From: an uncultured Chitinophagales bacterium
Lineage (GTDB): Bacteria; Bacteroidota; Ignavibacteria; UBA10030; UBA6906
Assembly: GCA_964538485.1 (NCBI GenBank)
Contig: CAZIHJ010000004.1
Span: 5,836 to 69,835, forward strand
Direction: 5' to 3'
Length of the DNA stretch: 64,000 nt
This document shows positions 27,026-36,591 of this stretch, piece by piece. Made by a program: the position numbers and the translations under genes. Under the pieces are notes generated by a model. That model searched no databases, was not told the origin of the DNA, and worked only from the letters and a program-made list of their open reading frames with translations. The first letter of the stretch is position 1. Every line of letters starts with the position of its first letter.

Positions 27026-27496
27026 ATGCTGACTTCAAAGACTGTTGCAGGATTTCTCCTTACGGCGGTATTCATGTTTTCCAATGTCATGCCGGACGCT
27101 ACGGCGTCCGCAGGCATTGATCCGGTGAACAAGGGTGAGGATGGAGAAGCAATACACGGCTACGACGCTGTTGCATACTTTACTGAAGGCAAGCCTGTTC
27201 GCGGAGATGAAGCCTATGCACACGAGTGGATGGGCGCCACGTGGTATTTCTCAAGCGATGCAAACAAGGTATTGTTCATCAAAGAGCCGAACAAGTACAC
27301 GCCGCAGTACGGCGGCTATTGTGCGTATGCAGTCGGCAACAACTATACAGCGAATGGCGATCCGATTGCCTGGTCCATTGTTGACAACAAACTCTATCTC
27401 AACTACAACAAGAAAGTCAGAGAGATGTGGTCGAAGGACAAGTCTGACCTCATCAGGAAGGGAGATGCCAATTGGCCGGGGTTGCTCAAGAGATGA
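27026..27496 (+). CDS. YHS domain protein (exported)
   Basis: 156 aa with signal peptide. HGYDAVAYFTEGKPVRG...YGGYCAYAVGNNYTANGDP fits the YHS (PF04945) pattern. Confidence 0.7.
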   Translation: MLTSKTVAGFLLTAVFMFSNVMPDATASAGIDPVNKGEDGEAIHGYDAVAYFTEGKPVRGDEAYAHEWMGATWYFSSDANKVLFIKEPNKYTPQYGGYCAYAVGNNYTANGDPIAWSIVDNKLYLNYNKKVREMWSKDKSDLIRKGDANWPGLLKR

Positions 27497-29106
27497 TCGG
27501 CCTGGAGAAAAGTCACAGCCCGATGCTGGATACTCACCATACCTCCGAGAAACCGGCATGTCCACTCTGCGGTGAACGTGTCCGAGCTTTGATAAATGAT
27601 CACCCGGGCGTTGAAGGAACCAGTGCATGTGCGCGGTGCGTCGATCATTTGGATGCATCCACATTTGTGCGAAGCGGCCATATCCCGCCAGCCTTGCTTG
27701 CCAGAATCAGCAACAACCCGCTTGTGCTTCCGACGCCCCTCCGGTTGAACGCGAACCCGGACTATACCGGCAAGGGAATATCAATATGTCTCATCGACAG
27801 CGGTTTCTATCCTCACCCCGATCTCATTCAACCATTCAACAGGATCGCATGCTCGGTCGATATCGCCGCGGGCCAAAGCACCCATGACGACAGATGGCAC
27901 GGCACGATGACGTCGGTTGTCTGTGCGGGAAATGGGTTTCTCTCTCAAGGACTCTACAGCGGGATCGCGTCTGAAGCACAGCTCGTTCTGCTGAACGTCA
28001 AGGATGAGAACGGGATCGCGGGTGTAAACATAGCCAAGGCGATTCGATGGGCAATCGAGAACAGGGAGAATTACAACATCCGCATCATCAACCTTTCCGT
28101 TACCGATGATGAACCAACATCCTACAAACAGAGCGAAGTGGATCAGGCCGCAGAGGATGCCGTCAAGGTCGGAATTGTTGTCGTTGCCGCAGTGGGGAAC
28201 GATCCAACGCAGCCCGTGAAGCCGCCCGCGAACTCGCCGGGCGTCATCGCAATAGGCGGGGTTGATGACCACAACACACTCGGCATGACCGCTCCCTCGA
28301 TCTATCACTCTACATTCGGGGTAACCGTCGATCAGTTTCTGAAACCTGAGCTGATCGCTCCGAGCATCTGGCTTGCTGCACCAATCCTTCCGATGACGGG
28401 AGAGCATCGCGAAGCGAGTGCACTTTATAGCATTGTTCAGGCCGAAGACCGCCATCTGAAGAGCATTCTGGCGAAGAACATTGAGAATGCAAACGTTCCT
28501 GCGTCCTTGCTCCAGGAAGAGTCGCTTGAAACAATCCGGACGATTGTAAGGAGTCGGTTGGCTGATTTGAAGTATATCTCAGCTGACTACATGCATGCCG
28601 ACGGCACATCCTTCGCAGCGCCGATCGTCTGTGCAATCATCGCCCAGATGCTTGAGGCGAATCCACATTTGACTCCTGCGGCAATCAGGAATATTCTTCT
28701 AACGACGGCGAAGAAACTGAATCATGTTCCTGTTGAGCGACAAGGGCACGGCGTGATTGATGCCAGGGCTGCCGTAACGGCCAGTCTCGCAGAGAGAAAC
28801 ACCATGCATTACGACTACCCAAGCACCCCTGTCATCAATGCTCTCGTTCAAAAGATCACATTCTACTACCATGATGATTCAGCATACAGCATTGCCCTCG
28901 TTGGTTCGTTTAACAATTGGACCACGACGTTACTCCTCACACGAAACGGCACTGGTATCTGGAAGGTGGAGATCCCAATGCTTCCCAAGGGGACGTATTT
29001 GTACAAATTCCTTGTCAATAATAGAGTATGGGTTGATGACCCGGAGAATCTGTACCGCGAACCGGACGGGTTCAATGGATTGAACAGCAGATTCACTATA
29101 GAATGA
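27493..29106 (+). CDS. S8 subtilisin-like serine peptidase with N-terminal Cys4 zinc-ribbon-like motif and C-terminal CBM48/AMPK-beta glycogen-binding domain; no signal peptide
   Basis: First ATG MIGLEK overlaps the upstream stop (ATGA). Catalytic triad blocks ICLIDSGF (Asp), HGTMTSVVCAGNG (His) and GTSFAAPIVCAIIAQ (Ser). N-terminal CPLCGERV...CARCVD. C-terminal ITFYYHDDSAYSIALVGSFNNWT...GIWKVEIPMLPKGTYLYKFLVNNRVWVDDPEN matches the AMPK1_CBM signature. Confidence 0.75.
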   Translation: MIGLEKSHSPMLDTHHTSEKPACPLCGERVRALINDHPGVEGTSACARCVDHLDASTFVRSGHIPPALLARISNNPLVLPTPLRLNANPDYTGKGISICLIDSGFYPHPDLIQPFNRIACSVDIAAGQSTHDDRWHGTMTSVVCAGNGFLSQGLYSGIASEAQLVLLNVKDENGIAGVNIAKAIRWAIENRENYNIRIINLSVTDDEPTSYKQSEVDQAAEDAVKVGIVVVAAVGNDPTQPVKPPANSPGVIAIGGVDDHNTLGMTAPSIYHSTFGVTVDQFLKPELIAPSIWLAAPILPMTGEHREASALYSIVQAEDRHLKSILAKNIENANVPASLLQEESLETIRTIVRSRLADLKYISADYMHADGTSFAAPIVCAIIAQMLEANPHLTPAAIRNILLTTAKKLNHVPVERQGHGVIDARAAVTASLAERNTMHYDYPSTPVINALVQKITFYYHDDSAYSIALVGSFNNWTTTLLLTRNGTGIWKVEIPMLPKGTYLYKFLVNNRVWVDDPENLYREPDGFNGLNSRFTIE

Positions 29107-29130
29107 AGTGGTGAACTCGGGAGAATGAGA

Positions 29131-29700
29131 ATGATCAAGTCAGTAATATTTAGTCTTGAAGGAGCACTTGTAAGAACTGAGGACCTGAAGTCGTTGGATG
29201 AAGAGCTAATTGAGACTCTCAACGTTCCTGAACGATATGCATGTCCTTACAGCATCGGGTTGTTGGCATATGCGAAGCGCGAGGACTTCCGCGTTGGGAT
29301 CACTACGATATCAGATCGTCGTCAGGCGTGCTGTGTACTCGAAGCTCTTGGATTGGAGAATACATTCGATGTCATAGCAACGTGTGAGGATGTTGTAGAA
29401 GGGGGGTCTGATCCCGGGATCTACGCCCGTATCGGTCATGACCTTGGAGTAAAGCCTGAGGAATCGCTCGTTATTGAAGGCTCGGTCCATGGAATTAAAG
29501 CGGCACTGAAGACCGGCATGCCATGCATCGCCAAAACCTCGAACATCACCAGGCAGGCCATCCATGAAAGTGGGCTGATCGAAAAGCAGTGGATTATCGA
29601 TGATCCGGCCCTGCTGATAACCGTTGCCCGACAGCGGATAGCCGAAGCCAGATTGTCCGATCTTGTTCTCCGGTTTTCGATCCGTTCAGCCTCGACGTGA
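29131..29700 (+). CDS. HAD-superfamily-like protein with degenerate catalytic motifs
   Basis: Start at MIKSVIFSLEGALV (GGAGA RBS). Motif I reads FSLEG instead of DxDGT. Motif IV reads IEGSVHGIKAALKTGM instead of GDSxxD. Rossmannoid HAD fold otherwise. Confidence 0.55.
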   Translation: MIKSVIFSLEGALVRTEDLKSLDEELIETLNVPERYACPYSIGLLAYAKREDFRVGITTISDRRQACCVLEALGLENTFDVIATCEDVVEGGSDPGIYARIGHDLGVKPEESLVIEGSVHGIKAALKTGMPCIAKTSNITRQAIHESGLIEKQWIIDDPALLITVARQRIAEARLSDLVLRFSIRSAST

Positions 29701-29774
29701 CCAAAACGTGATACTCCCCTGAGCATCAGAGGACCGTTGAGTGCTACCTTTACACCACACTATTTGGAGTTTCT

Positions 29775-32456
29775 ATGAATGCTGAAAAGAAGCGCGTCCT
29801 TGAGGTCCGACATCATTCAACTCCCTGGAAGAAATGGGGTCCCTACCTCACCGAGCGTCAATGGGGTACAGTTCGCGAAGACTACAGTCCCGGCGGAACT
29901 GCGTGGGAACACGTTTCTCATGATGCGGCGCGGAGCAAAGCATATCGTTGGGGCGAAGAAGGCATTGCCGGGATCTCCGATGACAATCAGCATCTCTGTT
30001 TCTCCATTGCACTTTGGAACGGTCGCGACCCCATCCTCAAAGAACGTCTCTTCGGACTGACGGGGAACGAAGGCAATCATGGTGAGGACGTGAAGGAAAT
30101 CTACTACTACCTCGATAGCACCCCCACTCACTCATACATGAAAATGCTCTACAAGTACCCTCAGGCAGCGTTCCCTTACTCACGCCTTGTGGAAGAAAAC
30201 CGGAAGCGCGGCAAGGATGAGCCCGAGTTCGAGCTTGTTGACACCGGGATTTTTGATGATGATCGTTATTTCGATGTCTTCGTTGAATACGCCAAGACAT
30301 CGCCCGAAGACCTGCTTGCAAGAATCACTATCGTTAATCGCGGACCAGATGAAGCATCCTTGAATGTTCTCCCTCAAGTATGGCTGCGAAACACGTGGTC
30401 ACCCGGTTTGGAGAAATCCAAACCAGTCATGTTTGCAATCGACGAGAATACCATTCAGATTGAGCATCATGGCAAACAACAGTGGGTCTACTTTGAAGGT
30501 GTGGAACAATTACTCTTCTGTGAGAACGAAACAAATTTGCAACGCCTCTACGGCGTGAACGGAACGACGGGTTTCTTTAAGGACGGTATCAACGATTACG
30601 TTGTGAATGGAGCGACAACTGCGGTCAATCCCGGGCAACGGGGAACGAAAGCAGCAGCGAACTACATGATCAGCATACCCCCTGGCGGATCGGTCTCCCT
30701 TCGGATTCGCATCTGCGACGCAATGACCGGGAACCCATTTGTTGGATTCGACAAGTTGTTCGCGACGAGGCAGAAGGAAGCTGATGAATTCTATGACGAG
30801 CTCCAATCGGGCATGACGAGCGTCGATGCAAAGAACGTCCAGCGACAAGCATTTGCCGGGATGCTCTGGTCGAAGCAATACTACTACTATGATATCCCAC
30901 AGTGGTTAAATGGAGATCCCGGTCAACCTCCCCCACCCGCGAACCGAAAGAGCGGCCGCAACAGTGACTGGCTTCATCTCAACAATGCCGACATCATTTC
31001 GATGCCCGACAAGTGGGAGTATCCGTGGTATGCCGCGTGGGACCTCGCGTTTCACACAATCCCGTTGGCGATGGTCGACCCTGACTTTGCAAAGGATCAG
31101 CTTGTCCTCCTGACAAAGGAGTGGTATATGCACCCCAACGGGCAACTCCCTGCATACGAATGGGCGTTCGGGGATGTGAATCCGCCTGTTCATGCGTGGG
31201 CGACGTGGCGTGTGTATAAAATTGATCAGAAAATGAATGACGGCAGGGGTGATGCCGATTTCCTTGAGAGAGTCTTCCACAAGCTTCTCCTCAACTTCAC
31301 CTGGTGGGTCAACCGCAAAGACACAGAAGGGCACAACATCTTCCAGGGTGGCTTCCTGGGATTGGATAATATTGGAGTGTTTGATCGAAGCGCGCCGCTC
31401 CCCACGGGCGGGCACATCGAACAAGCGGATGGTACAAGCTGGATGGCGATGTACTCACTCAATCTCATGCGTATCTCCCTTGAGCTCGCCACAACCAAAC
31501 CGATCTATCAGGATATGGCCACAAAGTTTTTTGAGCACTTTATGTACATTGCTGGTGCCATGGCAAACGTCGGCGGCAGTGGGATCGATCTTTGGGATAA
31601 GGAAGACGAATTCTTCTACGATGTTCTGCATCTGCCCAATGGAGAACGGACACCTCTCAAAGTGAGATCCATGGTGGGACTGATTCCATTTTACGCGGTT
31701 GAAACCCTTGAACCGGAATTACTGGAGAAGGTGCCGGAATTCAAGAGGCATATGGAGTGGTTTCTGAACTACCGTCCCGACCTTGCAAACCTTGTTTCCC
31801 GATGGAATGAACCAGGCATGGGCGAGCGACGATTACTATCGTTGCTGCGTGGTCATCGCATGAAGAAGTTGCTCACGCGGATGCTCGATGAAACCGAGTT
31901 TCTGTCGGACTATGGTGTGAGGGCTCTCTCGAGATATCACAAAGATCACCCGTATGAATTCCATGTCAACGGAAACACGTTTACGGTGAACTACACGCCT
32001 GCGGAATCCAATACGGGATTGTTCGGGGGCAACTCCAACTGGCGGGGACCAATCTGGTTTCCTGTGAACTTCCTTCTGATCGAGTCACTGCAAAAGTTCC
32101 ATCACTACTACGGGGACGATTTTAAGATTGAATGTCCGACGGGCTCCGGCAAGTACTTGACAATCAATGACGTGGCTGACGAGCTTTCAAAGCGGCTAAC
32201 GAGAACATTCCTGCTTGACAGTGATGGAAAGCGGCCGGCATTGGGCTATAGTAAAAAGATGCAAACTGACCCCCACTTCCGGGACTACCTGCTCTTCCAC
32301 GAGTATTTCGACGGGGATTCCGGAAGAGGCGTTGGTGCGTCCCATCAAACCGGTTGGACGGGTGTAGTTGCAAAGTTGTTGCAGCCTCGCACAAAAGAAG
32401 TCCGCCAAGAATCCAAAGCTGAAACCAAGACATTCACGAAGGAGATTACTGTATGA
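29775..32456 (+). CDS. GH63-family glycoside hydrolase (MGH1-like glucosidase / mannosyl- or glucosyl-glycerate hydrolase-like)
   Basis: 893 aa. (alpha/alpha)6 barrel region with [30 protein letters not shown], typical of bacterial GH63. The overall length fits the ~890-aa bacterial glucosidase family. Confidence 0.65.
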   Translation: MNAEKKRVLEVRHHSTPWKKWGPYLTERQWGTVREDYSPGGTAWEHVSHDAARSKAYRWGEEGIAGISDDNQHLCFSIALWNGRDPILKERLFGLTGNEGNHGEDVKEIYYYLDSTPTHSYMKMLYKYPQAAFPYSRLVEENRKRGKDEPEFELVDTGIFDDDRYFDVFVEYAKTSPEDLLARITIVNRGPDEASLNVLPQVWLRNTWSPGLEKSKPVMFAIDENTIQIEHHGKQQWVYFEGVEQLLFCENETNLQRLYGVNGTTGFFKDGINDYVVNGATTAVNPGQRGTKAAANYMISIPPGGSVSLRIRICDAMTGNPFVGFDKLFATRQKEADEFYDELQSGMTSVDAKNVQRQAFAGMLWSKQYYYYDIPQWLNGDPGQPPPPANRKSGRNSDWLHLNNADIISMPDKWEYPWYAAWDLAFHTIPLAMVDPDFAKDQLVLLTKEWYMHPNGQLPAYEWAFGDVNPPVHAWATWRVYKIDQKMNDGRGDADFLERVFHKLLLNFTWWVNRKDTEGHNIFQGGFLGLDNIGVFDRSAPLPTGGHIEQADGTSWMAMYSLNLMRISLELATTKPIYQDMATKFFEHFMYIAGAMANVGGSGIDLWDKEDEFFYDVLHLPNGERTPLKVRSMVGLIPFYAVETLEPELLEKVPEFKRHMEWFLNYRPDLANLVSRWNEPGMGERRLLSLLRGHRMKKLLTRMLDETEFLSDYGVRALSRYHKDHPYEFHVNGNTFTVNYTPAESNTGLFGGNSNWRGPIWFPVNFLLIESLQKFHHYYGDDFKIECPTGSGKYLTINDVADELSKRLTRTFLLDSDGKRPALGYSKKMQTDPHFRDYLLFHEYFDGDSGRGVGASHQTGWTGVVAKLLQPRTKEVRQESKAETKTFTKEITV

Positions 32457-33604
32457 AAGCAATCTGCGTCATTCCCGGAAGACCAAATTCAGTCCATTTA
32501 AGAGATGTCCCAAAACCCAATGTTATAGACATTCCCAACGGCCGGGGTGTATTGGTGAAAATTCTGCGTGTCGGCGTCGATGGAACGGACAAAGAAATCA
32601 ATGCCGCGGAATACGGGGCCGCACCTCCGGGTGACGAATACCTTACTCTCGGGCACGAATCATTTGGAGTTGTTGAAGAGGTCGGAGAAAATGTGACCGA
32701 ATTCAAGCGAGGCGATTACGTCGTTGCTACGGTCCGTCGTCCCGGTGGATCATTCTATGACACGATCGGCACGTATGACATGACCACTGACGATACCTAC
32801 TACGAGCGTGGAATCAACCTCCGCCACGGCTATCTGGCGGAGTACTACGTCGACGATCCCGAGTACATCGTGAAAGTACCAAAGGGATTGAAAGACATCG
32901 GCGTGTTGCTCGAACCGATGAGCGTTGCAGAGAAGGGAATCATTCAGGCCTATGAAATTCAACGTCGTCTCAAAGTGTGGAGACCAAAAAAGGCGGCGGT
33001 GATGGGTGCCGGAACACTGGGCCTGCTGGCGACCATGATTCTCCGGTTGCGCGGACTGGAGGTTGTCACATTCGGCCGGAAGCCTGCCCCGTATCTCAAC
33101 TCTTCTTTAGCTGAAGAACTCGGGGGACGCTACGTTTCAACGGTAGGCTTGAGTATCAAGGATGCCTCAGAAATGTATGGCCCTTTCGACATCATCTTTG
33201 AAGGCACGGGGAGTTCCGCTGTGGTATTTGAGGCCGCACAGGCTCTCGCCAAGAACGGTGTGTTGATCCTTGCCAGCATCACCGGCGCCGGAAAAAAGCT
33301 TGAGATTCCCGCCGACAAGATCAACCTTGACTTCGTCCTTGGAAACAAAGTCATGTTCGGAACAGTCAATGCCAACAGGGAGTATTTCGAAGCAGGTGCG
33401 AAGGACCTGGCGCAATGCAATGCGGAGTTCCCGGGTTTTGCGCGGAAGTTGCTCACCCACCCGGTGCAGGGCCTCGACAACTTCCAGAAAATGATGAACC
33501 TGCTGACGACCGAAAAGAATGCGATCAAAGTATATGTTGAGGTTGCCTCTGATGTACAGGCAAACGAACACACTGAATATCAAATGGAGATGGCCGTCAA
33601 CTGA
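32453..33604 (+). CDS. Glucose 1-dehydrogenase, archaeal-type MDR (zinc-dependent alcohol dehydrogenase superfamily)
   Basis: 383 aa. [22 protein letters not shown]...[13 protein letters not shown]...[25 protein letters not shown] aligns with Sulfolobus/Thermoplasma glucose dehydrogenase landmarks (WWYDDPKYLVKIPK). 4-nt overlap with the upstream gene. Confidence 0.7.
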   Translation: MKAICVIPGRPNSVHLRDVPKPNVIDIPNGRGVLVKILRVGVDGTDKEINAAEYGAAPPGDEYLTLGHESFGVVEEVGENVTEFKRGDYVVATVRRPGGSFYDTIGTYDMTTDDTYYERGINLRHGYLAEYYVDDPEYIVKVPKGLKDIGVLLEPMSVAEKGIIQAYEIQRRLKVWRPKKAAVMGAGTLGLLATMILRLRGLEVVTFGRKPAPYLNSSLAEELGGRYVSTVGLSIKDASEMYGPFDIIFEGTGSSAVVFEAAQALAKNGVLILASITGAGKKLEIPADKINLDFVLGNKVMFGTVNANREYFEAGAKDLAQCNAEFPGFARKLLTHPVQGLDNFQKMMNLLTTEKNAIKVYVEVASDVQANEHTEYQMEMAVN

Positions 33605-33632
33605 TTCTCTTATCCGACTATTGAGAGCGCAA

Positions 33633-35696
33633 ATGAAAATCTCATTCGACAAATCCGTAACACAGAACTTTGAAGAGGCAATTCGTCGTGAGTGGCTGGA
33701 GACCAACGGACTCGGCGGCTGGGCAAGCTCAACGATTTCCGGGGCACACTCAAGACGATATCATGGTCTTCTCGTGGCTGCAACCAAGCCCCCTGTCGGT
33801 CGCATGGTGATGCTCTCAAAACTGGATGAGACGATTGAGATCGATGGGAAACGCTATGACCTGAGTACGAATCGTTATCCGGGTGTGGTCCATCCCAGAG
33901 GGTTTGAGTTCCTTCAGACATTTGAGAAGGATATCTTCCCTCAGTTCGAGTTCGAAGCCGGCAGGGTTTACGTTCGAAAAACAATCGTAGCAATCAATGG
34001 AGAAAATACAACCGTAATCCTGTATGAGGTGTTGGAAGCTCCTACCGGGTTCACACTTGAGCTTCAGCCCTTCATGGCCCCCCGTGATTATCACAGCATG
34101 TCCCATGCAAATGACGCAATCCACCGGAGTGCAGAGTTTCACAATGGGATCTTTCGAGTAAGGGCATATGACGGCGTGCCGGAGCTGTTCATTAGCGTCC
34201 CGGGCGCGGCGTTTGAATCAGCGCCGGCCTGGTACAACAATTTCGAGTATGGGGCTGAACAATATCGCGGTCTTGATTTCACTGAAGACTTGTTCACGCA
34301 TGGAGTCTTCAAGCGAACGCTGCGCAAGGGTGACACATTAGGAGTGATCGTCTCCATTGATCCGGTCGAAGGACGGGACGCATTTCAACTTGTCCGTTTT
34401 GAGCAGCAGCGACGTATGAAGTTGCTCGATGCTCTTCCGGAACGGGATCACTTCACGGAAACACTTGCCCTGGCCGCCGATCAGTTCATCGTACAGCGGG
34501 GAGAAGATCTCCAGACTCTCATCGCAGGGTATCATTGGTTCTCCGATTGGGGGCGCGACACGATGATTGCCCTTCCCGGAATTTGTCTCGTGACAGGAAG
34601 GTACGGCGAGGCAAAGAAAATTCTCCGGGCATTTGCGCAGAGCGTCAGTCAGGGTATGCTGCCAAATCGCTTCCCCGATGCTGGCGAGCAGCCTGAGTAC
34701 AACACGGTCGATGCTACGCTTTGGTTCTTCGTCGCGATCTACAAGTACCTACAGTATACCAACGATGAAATAGTGGTGCGAAATGAGCTCATGCCGGTGC
34801 TGCGGGACATCATACGCTGGCACGATCACGGAACGCGATACAACATTCATGTCGATACCGATGGTTTGCTCCACGCTGGCGAGCCAGGAGTTCAGCTTAC
34901 ATGGATGGACGCCAAGGTAGGAAATTGGGTTGTAACACCAAGACAAGGAAAGGCCGTCGAGATCAACGCTCTGTGGTATAACGCCATTGCCATTTATGCG
35001 CACCTTGCTGATCGCCTTCGTCTTCCGGATGAGGGGTTTGAGGAACGCTCGGCCAATGTGAAGATCGCATTCCAGCGAACATTCTGGAACGAAAAGGTTG
35101 GCGGGTTGTATGACTTCGTCGACGGCGAATACCGCGACGATGCCATACGGCCAAATCAAATTTTTGCACTCTCTCTCCCATTCCCATTGTTGGCAGGTGG
35201 ACGCGCAGAGAGCATCCTGAACCTTGTTGCTGACAAGCTTTATACGCCTGTGGGCCTACGTAGCCTCTCCCCAGACCATCCGGCATACCGCCTTCACTAT
35301 GGTGGAGATCAACTTATGCGGGATAGTGCCTATCATCAGGGAACCGTATGGAGTTGGCTGCTTGGACCGTATGTGAGCTCAATGGTAAGCGTTAGAGGGG
35401 AGAAAGCAAGAGAGGAGGCGGAAAGAATACTTAAAGGAATTGCTCCTCATTTTTCAGAAGCTGGTATTGGGACAATATCAGAGATTTTCGATGCAACTCA
35501 GCCGCATGCTCCACGAGGGTGTATCGCCCAGGCTTGGAGTGTGGGAGAGATCTTGAGAGCATACATTGAGGATTGTTTTGGAGCAATTCCAGGGAATTCC
35601 ACAACCTCCGCAGACATCAAGGTCGATTCGAGCCAGGATTATGATTCGACCAAACCCGCAACGGGGAATCAAATACTCTCGCTCCAACCCGGCTAG
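33633..35696 (+). CDS. Glycogen debranching enzyme-like protein (GDE N-terminal domain + amylo-alpha-1,6-glucosidase (alpha/alpha)6 barrel)
   Basis: Start at MKISFDKSVTQNFEEAIRREWLETNGLGGWASSTISGAHSRRYHGLL (GDE_N). C-terminal HWFSDWGRDTMIALPGI...GMLPNRFPD is the GDE_C/amylo-1,6-glucosidase signature. Confidence 0.8.
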   Translation: MKISFDKSVTQNFEEAIRREWLETNGLGGWASSTISGAHSRRYHGLLVAATKPPVGRMVMLSKLDETIEIDGKRYDLSTNRYPGVVHPRGFEFLQTFEKDIFPQFEFEAGRVYVRKTIVAINGENTTVILYEVLEAPTGFTLELQPFMAPRDYHSMSHANDAIHRSAEFHNGIFRVRAYDGVPELFISVPGAAFESAPAWYNNFEYGAEQYRGLDFTEDLFTHGVFKRTLRKGDTLGVIVSIDPVEGRDAFQLVRFEQQRRMKLLDALPERDHFTETLALAADQFIVQRGEDLQTLIAGYHWFSDWGRDTMIALPGICLVTGRYGEAKKILRAFAQSVSQGMLPNRFPDAGEQPEYNTVDATLWFFVAIYKYLQYTNDEIVVRNELMPVLRDIIRWHDHGTRYNIHVDTDGLLHAGEPGVQLTWMDAKVGNWVVTPRQGKAVEINALWYNAIAIYAHLADRLRLPDEGFEERSANVKIAFQRTFWNEKVGGLYDFVDGEYRDDAIRPNQIFALSLPFPLLAGGRAESILNLVADKLYTPVGLRSLSPDHPAYRLHYGGDQLMRDSAYHQGTVWSWLLGPYVSSMVSVRGEKAREEAERILKGIAPHFSEAGIGTISEIFDATQPHAPRGCIAQAWSVGEILRAYIEDCFGAIPGNSTTSADIKVDSSQDYDSTKPATGNQILSLQPG

Positions 35697-35772
35697 CCGG
35701 CAAATTCGAATACGCGATGAAGTTGCGCAAAGTGGTCGGGAGAAGTCCCCGCTACAAGTTCTAAAGAAGAAA

Positions 35773-35811
35773 CCCTCACTGGTGAAAGCTGGTGAGGGTT
35801 TTGTTTTTTTT
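35773..35811 (+). terminator. Rho-independent terminator; copy 1 of a repeated 26-nt hairpin element
   Basis: CCCTCACTGGTGAAAGCTGGTGAGGG followed by TTTTGTTTTTTTTT. A near-identical hairpin occurs at 38269..38294. Confidence 0.7.
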
Positions 35812-35938
35812 GCTTGGTTATATTCCACCAAAACTGCTGATCTACTGGTTCCTCTGCGGATAATTGTAGCCTCTTTTATGGAATCACCTTACTGATTTCC
35901 CCCACTCTAGTTTCATATAAAAATACCGCAAGAAGCCC

Positions 35939-35980
35939 TTGACTTCGACGTGTTAATACATTATACTTTGTGATACAAAG
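35939..35980 (+). promoter_or_regulatory. Near-consensus sigma-70 promoter (TTGACT-N17-TATACT) overlapped by the palindrome CTTTGTGATACAAAG
   Basis: TTGACT at 35939-35944, 17-nt spacer, TATACT at 35962-35967. Perfect 6-bp-arm inverted repeat CTTTGT-gat-ACAAAG at 35966-35980 and a second half-site-like CTTTGT at 35983. The ATG of the membrane-protein gene is at 36010. Confidence 0.5.
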
Positions 35981-36009
35981 TGCTTTGTAACATAACCAAA
36001 GGACGCAGC

Positions 36010-36591
36010 ATGACTAACGCCAGTGAGGATCTTTCCGAGATTCGGTCCATGATGGAGAAGTCAACCCGGGTTTTATCCCTCAGCGGCCTGGCAGGAATTG
36101 CTATCGGCTGTTATGCATTCGCAGGATTCCTTTTTGCCCAGTATATCATCACCCGTTTGCCGAAAAATGAAATACTGCGCTATTTGCTTGGCGATGCGAT
36201 TATCGTGTTGGTTGGCGCGATTGTACTTGTTGTGTATTTCTCAAGCCGGATGGCAAAACAGAAGGGCCTTCCAATTTGGAATGCCACAACGAAACAACTT
36301 GTGGGTGAGCTTGCTTTGCCCCTAGCTGCAGGGGGAGTGTTTTGTGTCTCGCTCCTTGTTCACGAAGCATACACCTCCCTTCCTTCCGTGATGCTCATTT
36401 TTTACGGCCTCGCCCTATTCGCCGCCAGCAAGTACACAATCAAAGAAGTGCGCTTCCTCGGGTTGACTCAACTGGCGATTGGTGTCGCAGCGGCATTTGT
36501 CAACTCCCAGGGATTGAACCTCTGGGGCCTTGGCTTTGGTATCGTGCATATTCTGTTCGGCGTTCGTATCTATCTTGCCTATGAGCGATGA
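36010..36591 (+). CDS. Polytopic membrane protein (4 predicted TM), hypothetical
   Basis: Start at MTNASEDLSEIRSMMEK (AAAGGA RBS). Four hydrophobic helices. Stop overlaps the start of the next gene (ATGA). Confidence 0.55.
   Translation: MTNASEDLSEIRSMMEKSTRVLSLSGLAGIAIGCYAFAGFLFAQYIITRLPKNEILRYLLGDAIIVLVGAIVLVVYFSSRMAKQKGLPIWNATTKQLVGELALPLAAGGVFCVSLLVHEAYTSLPSVMLIFYGLALFAASKYTIKEVRFLGLTQLAIGVAAAFVNSQGLNLWGLGFGIVHILFGVRIYLAYER

Noticed and set aside
27781-28455. 224-aa minus-strand ORF
   Set aside because: Antisense to the S8 peptidase catalytic domain.
30906-31424. 172-aa minus-strand ORF
   Set aside because: Antisense to the GH63 hydrolase barrel region.
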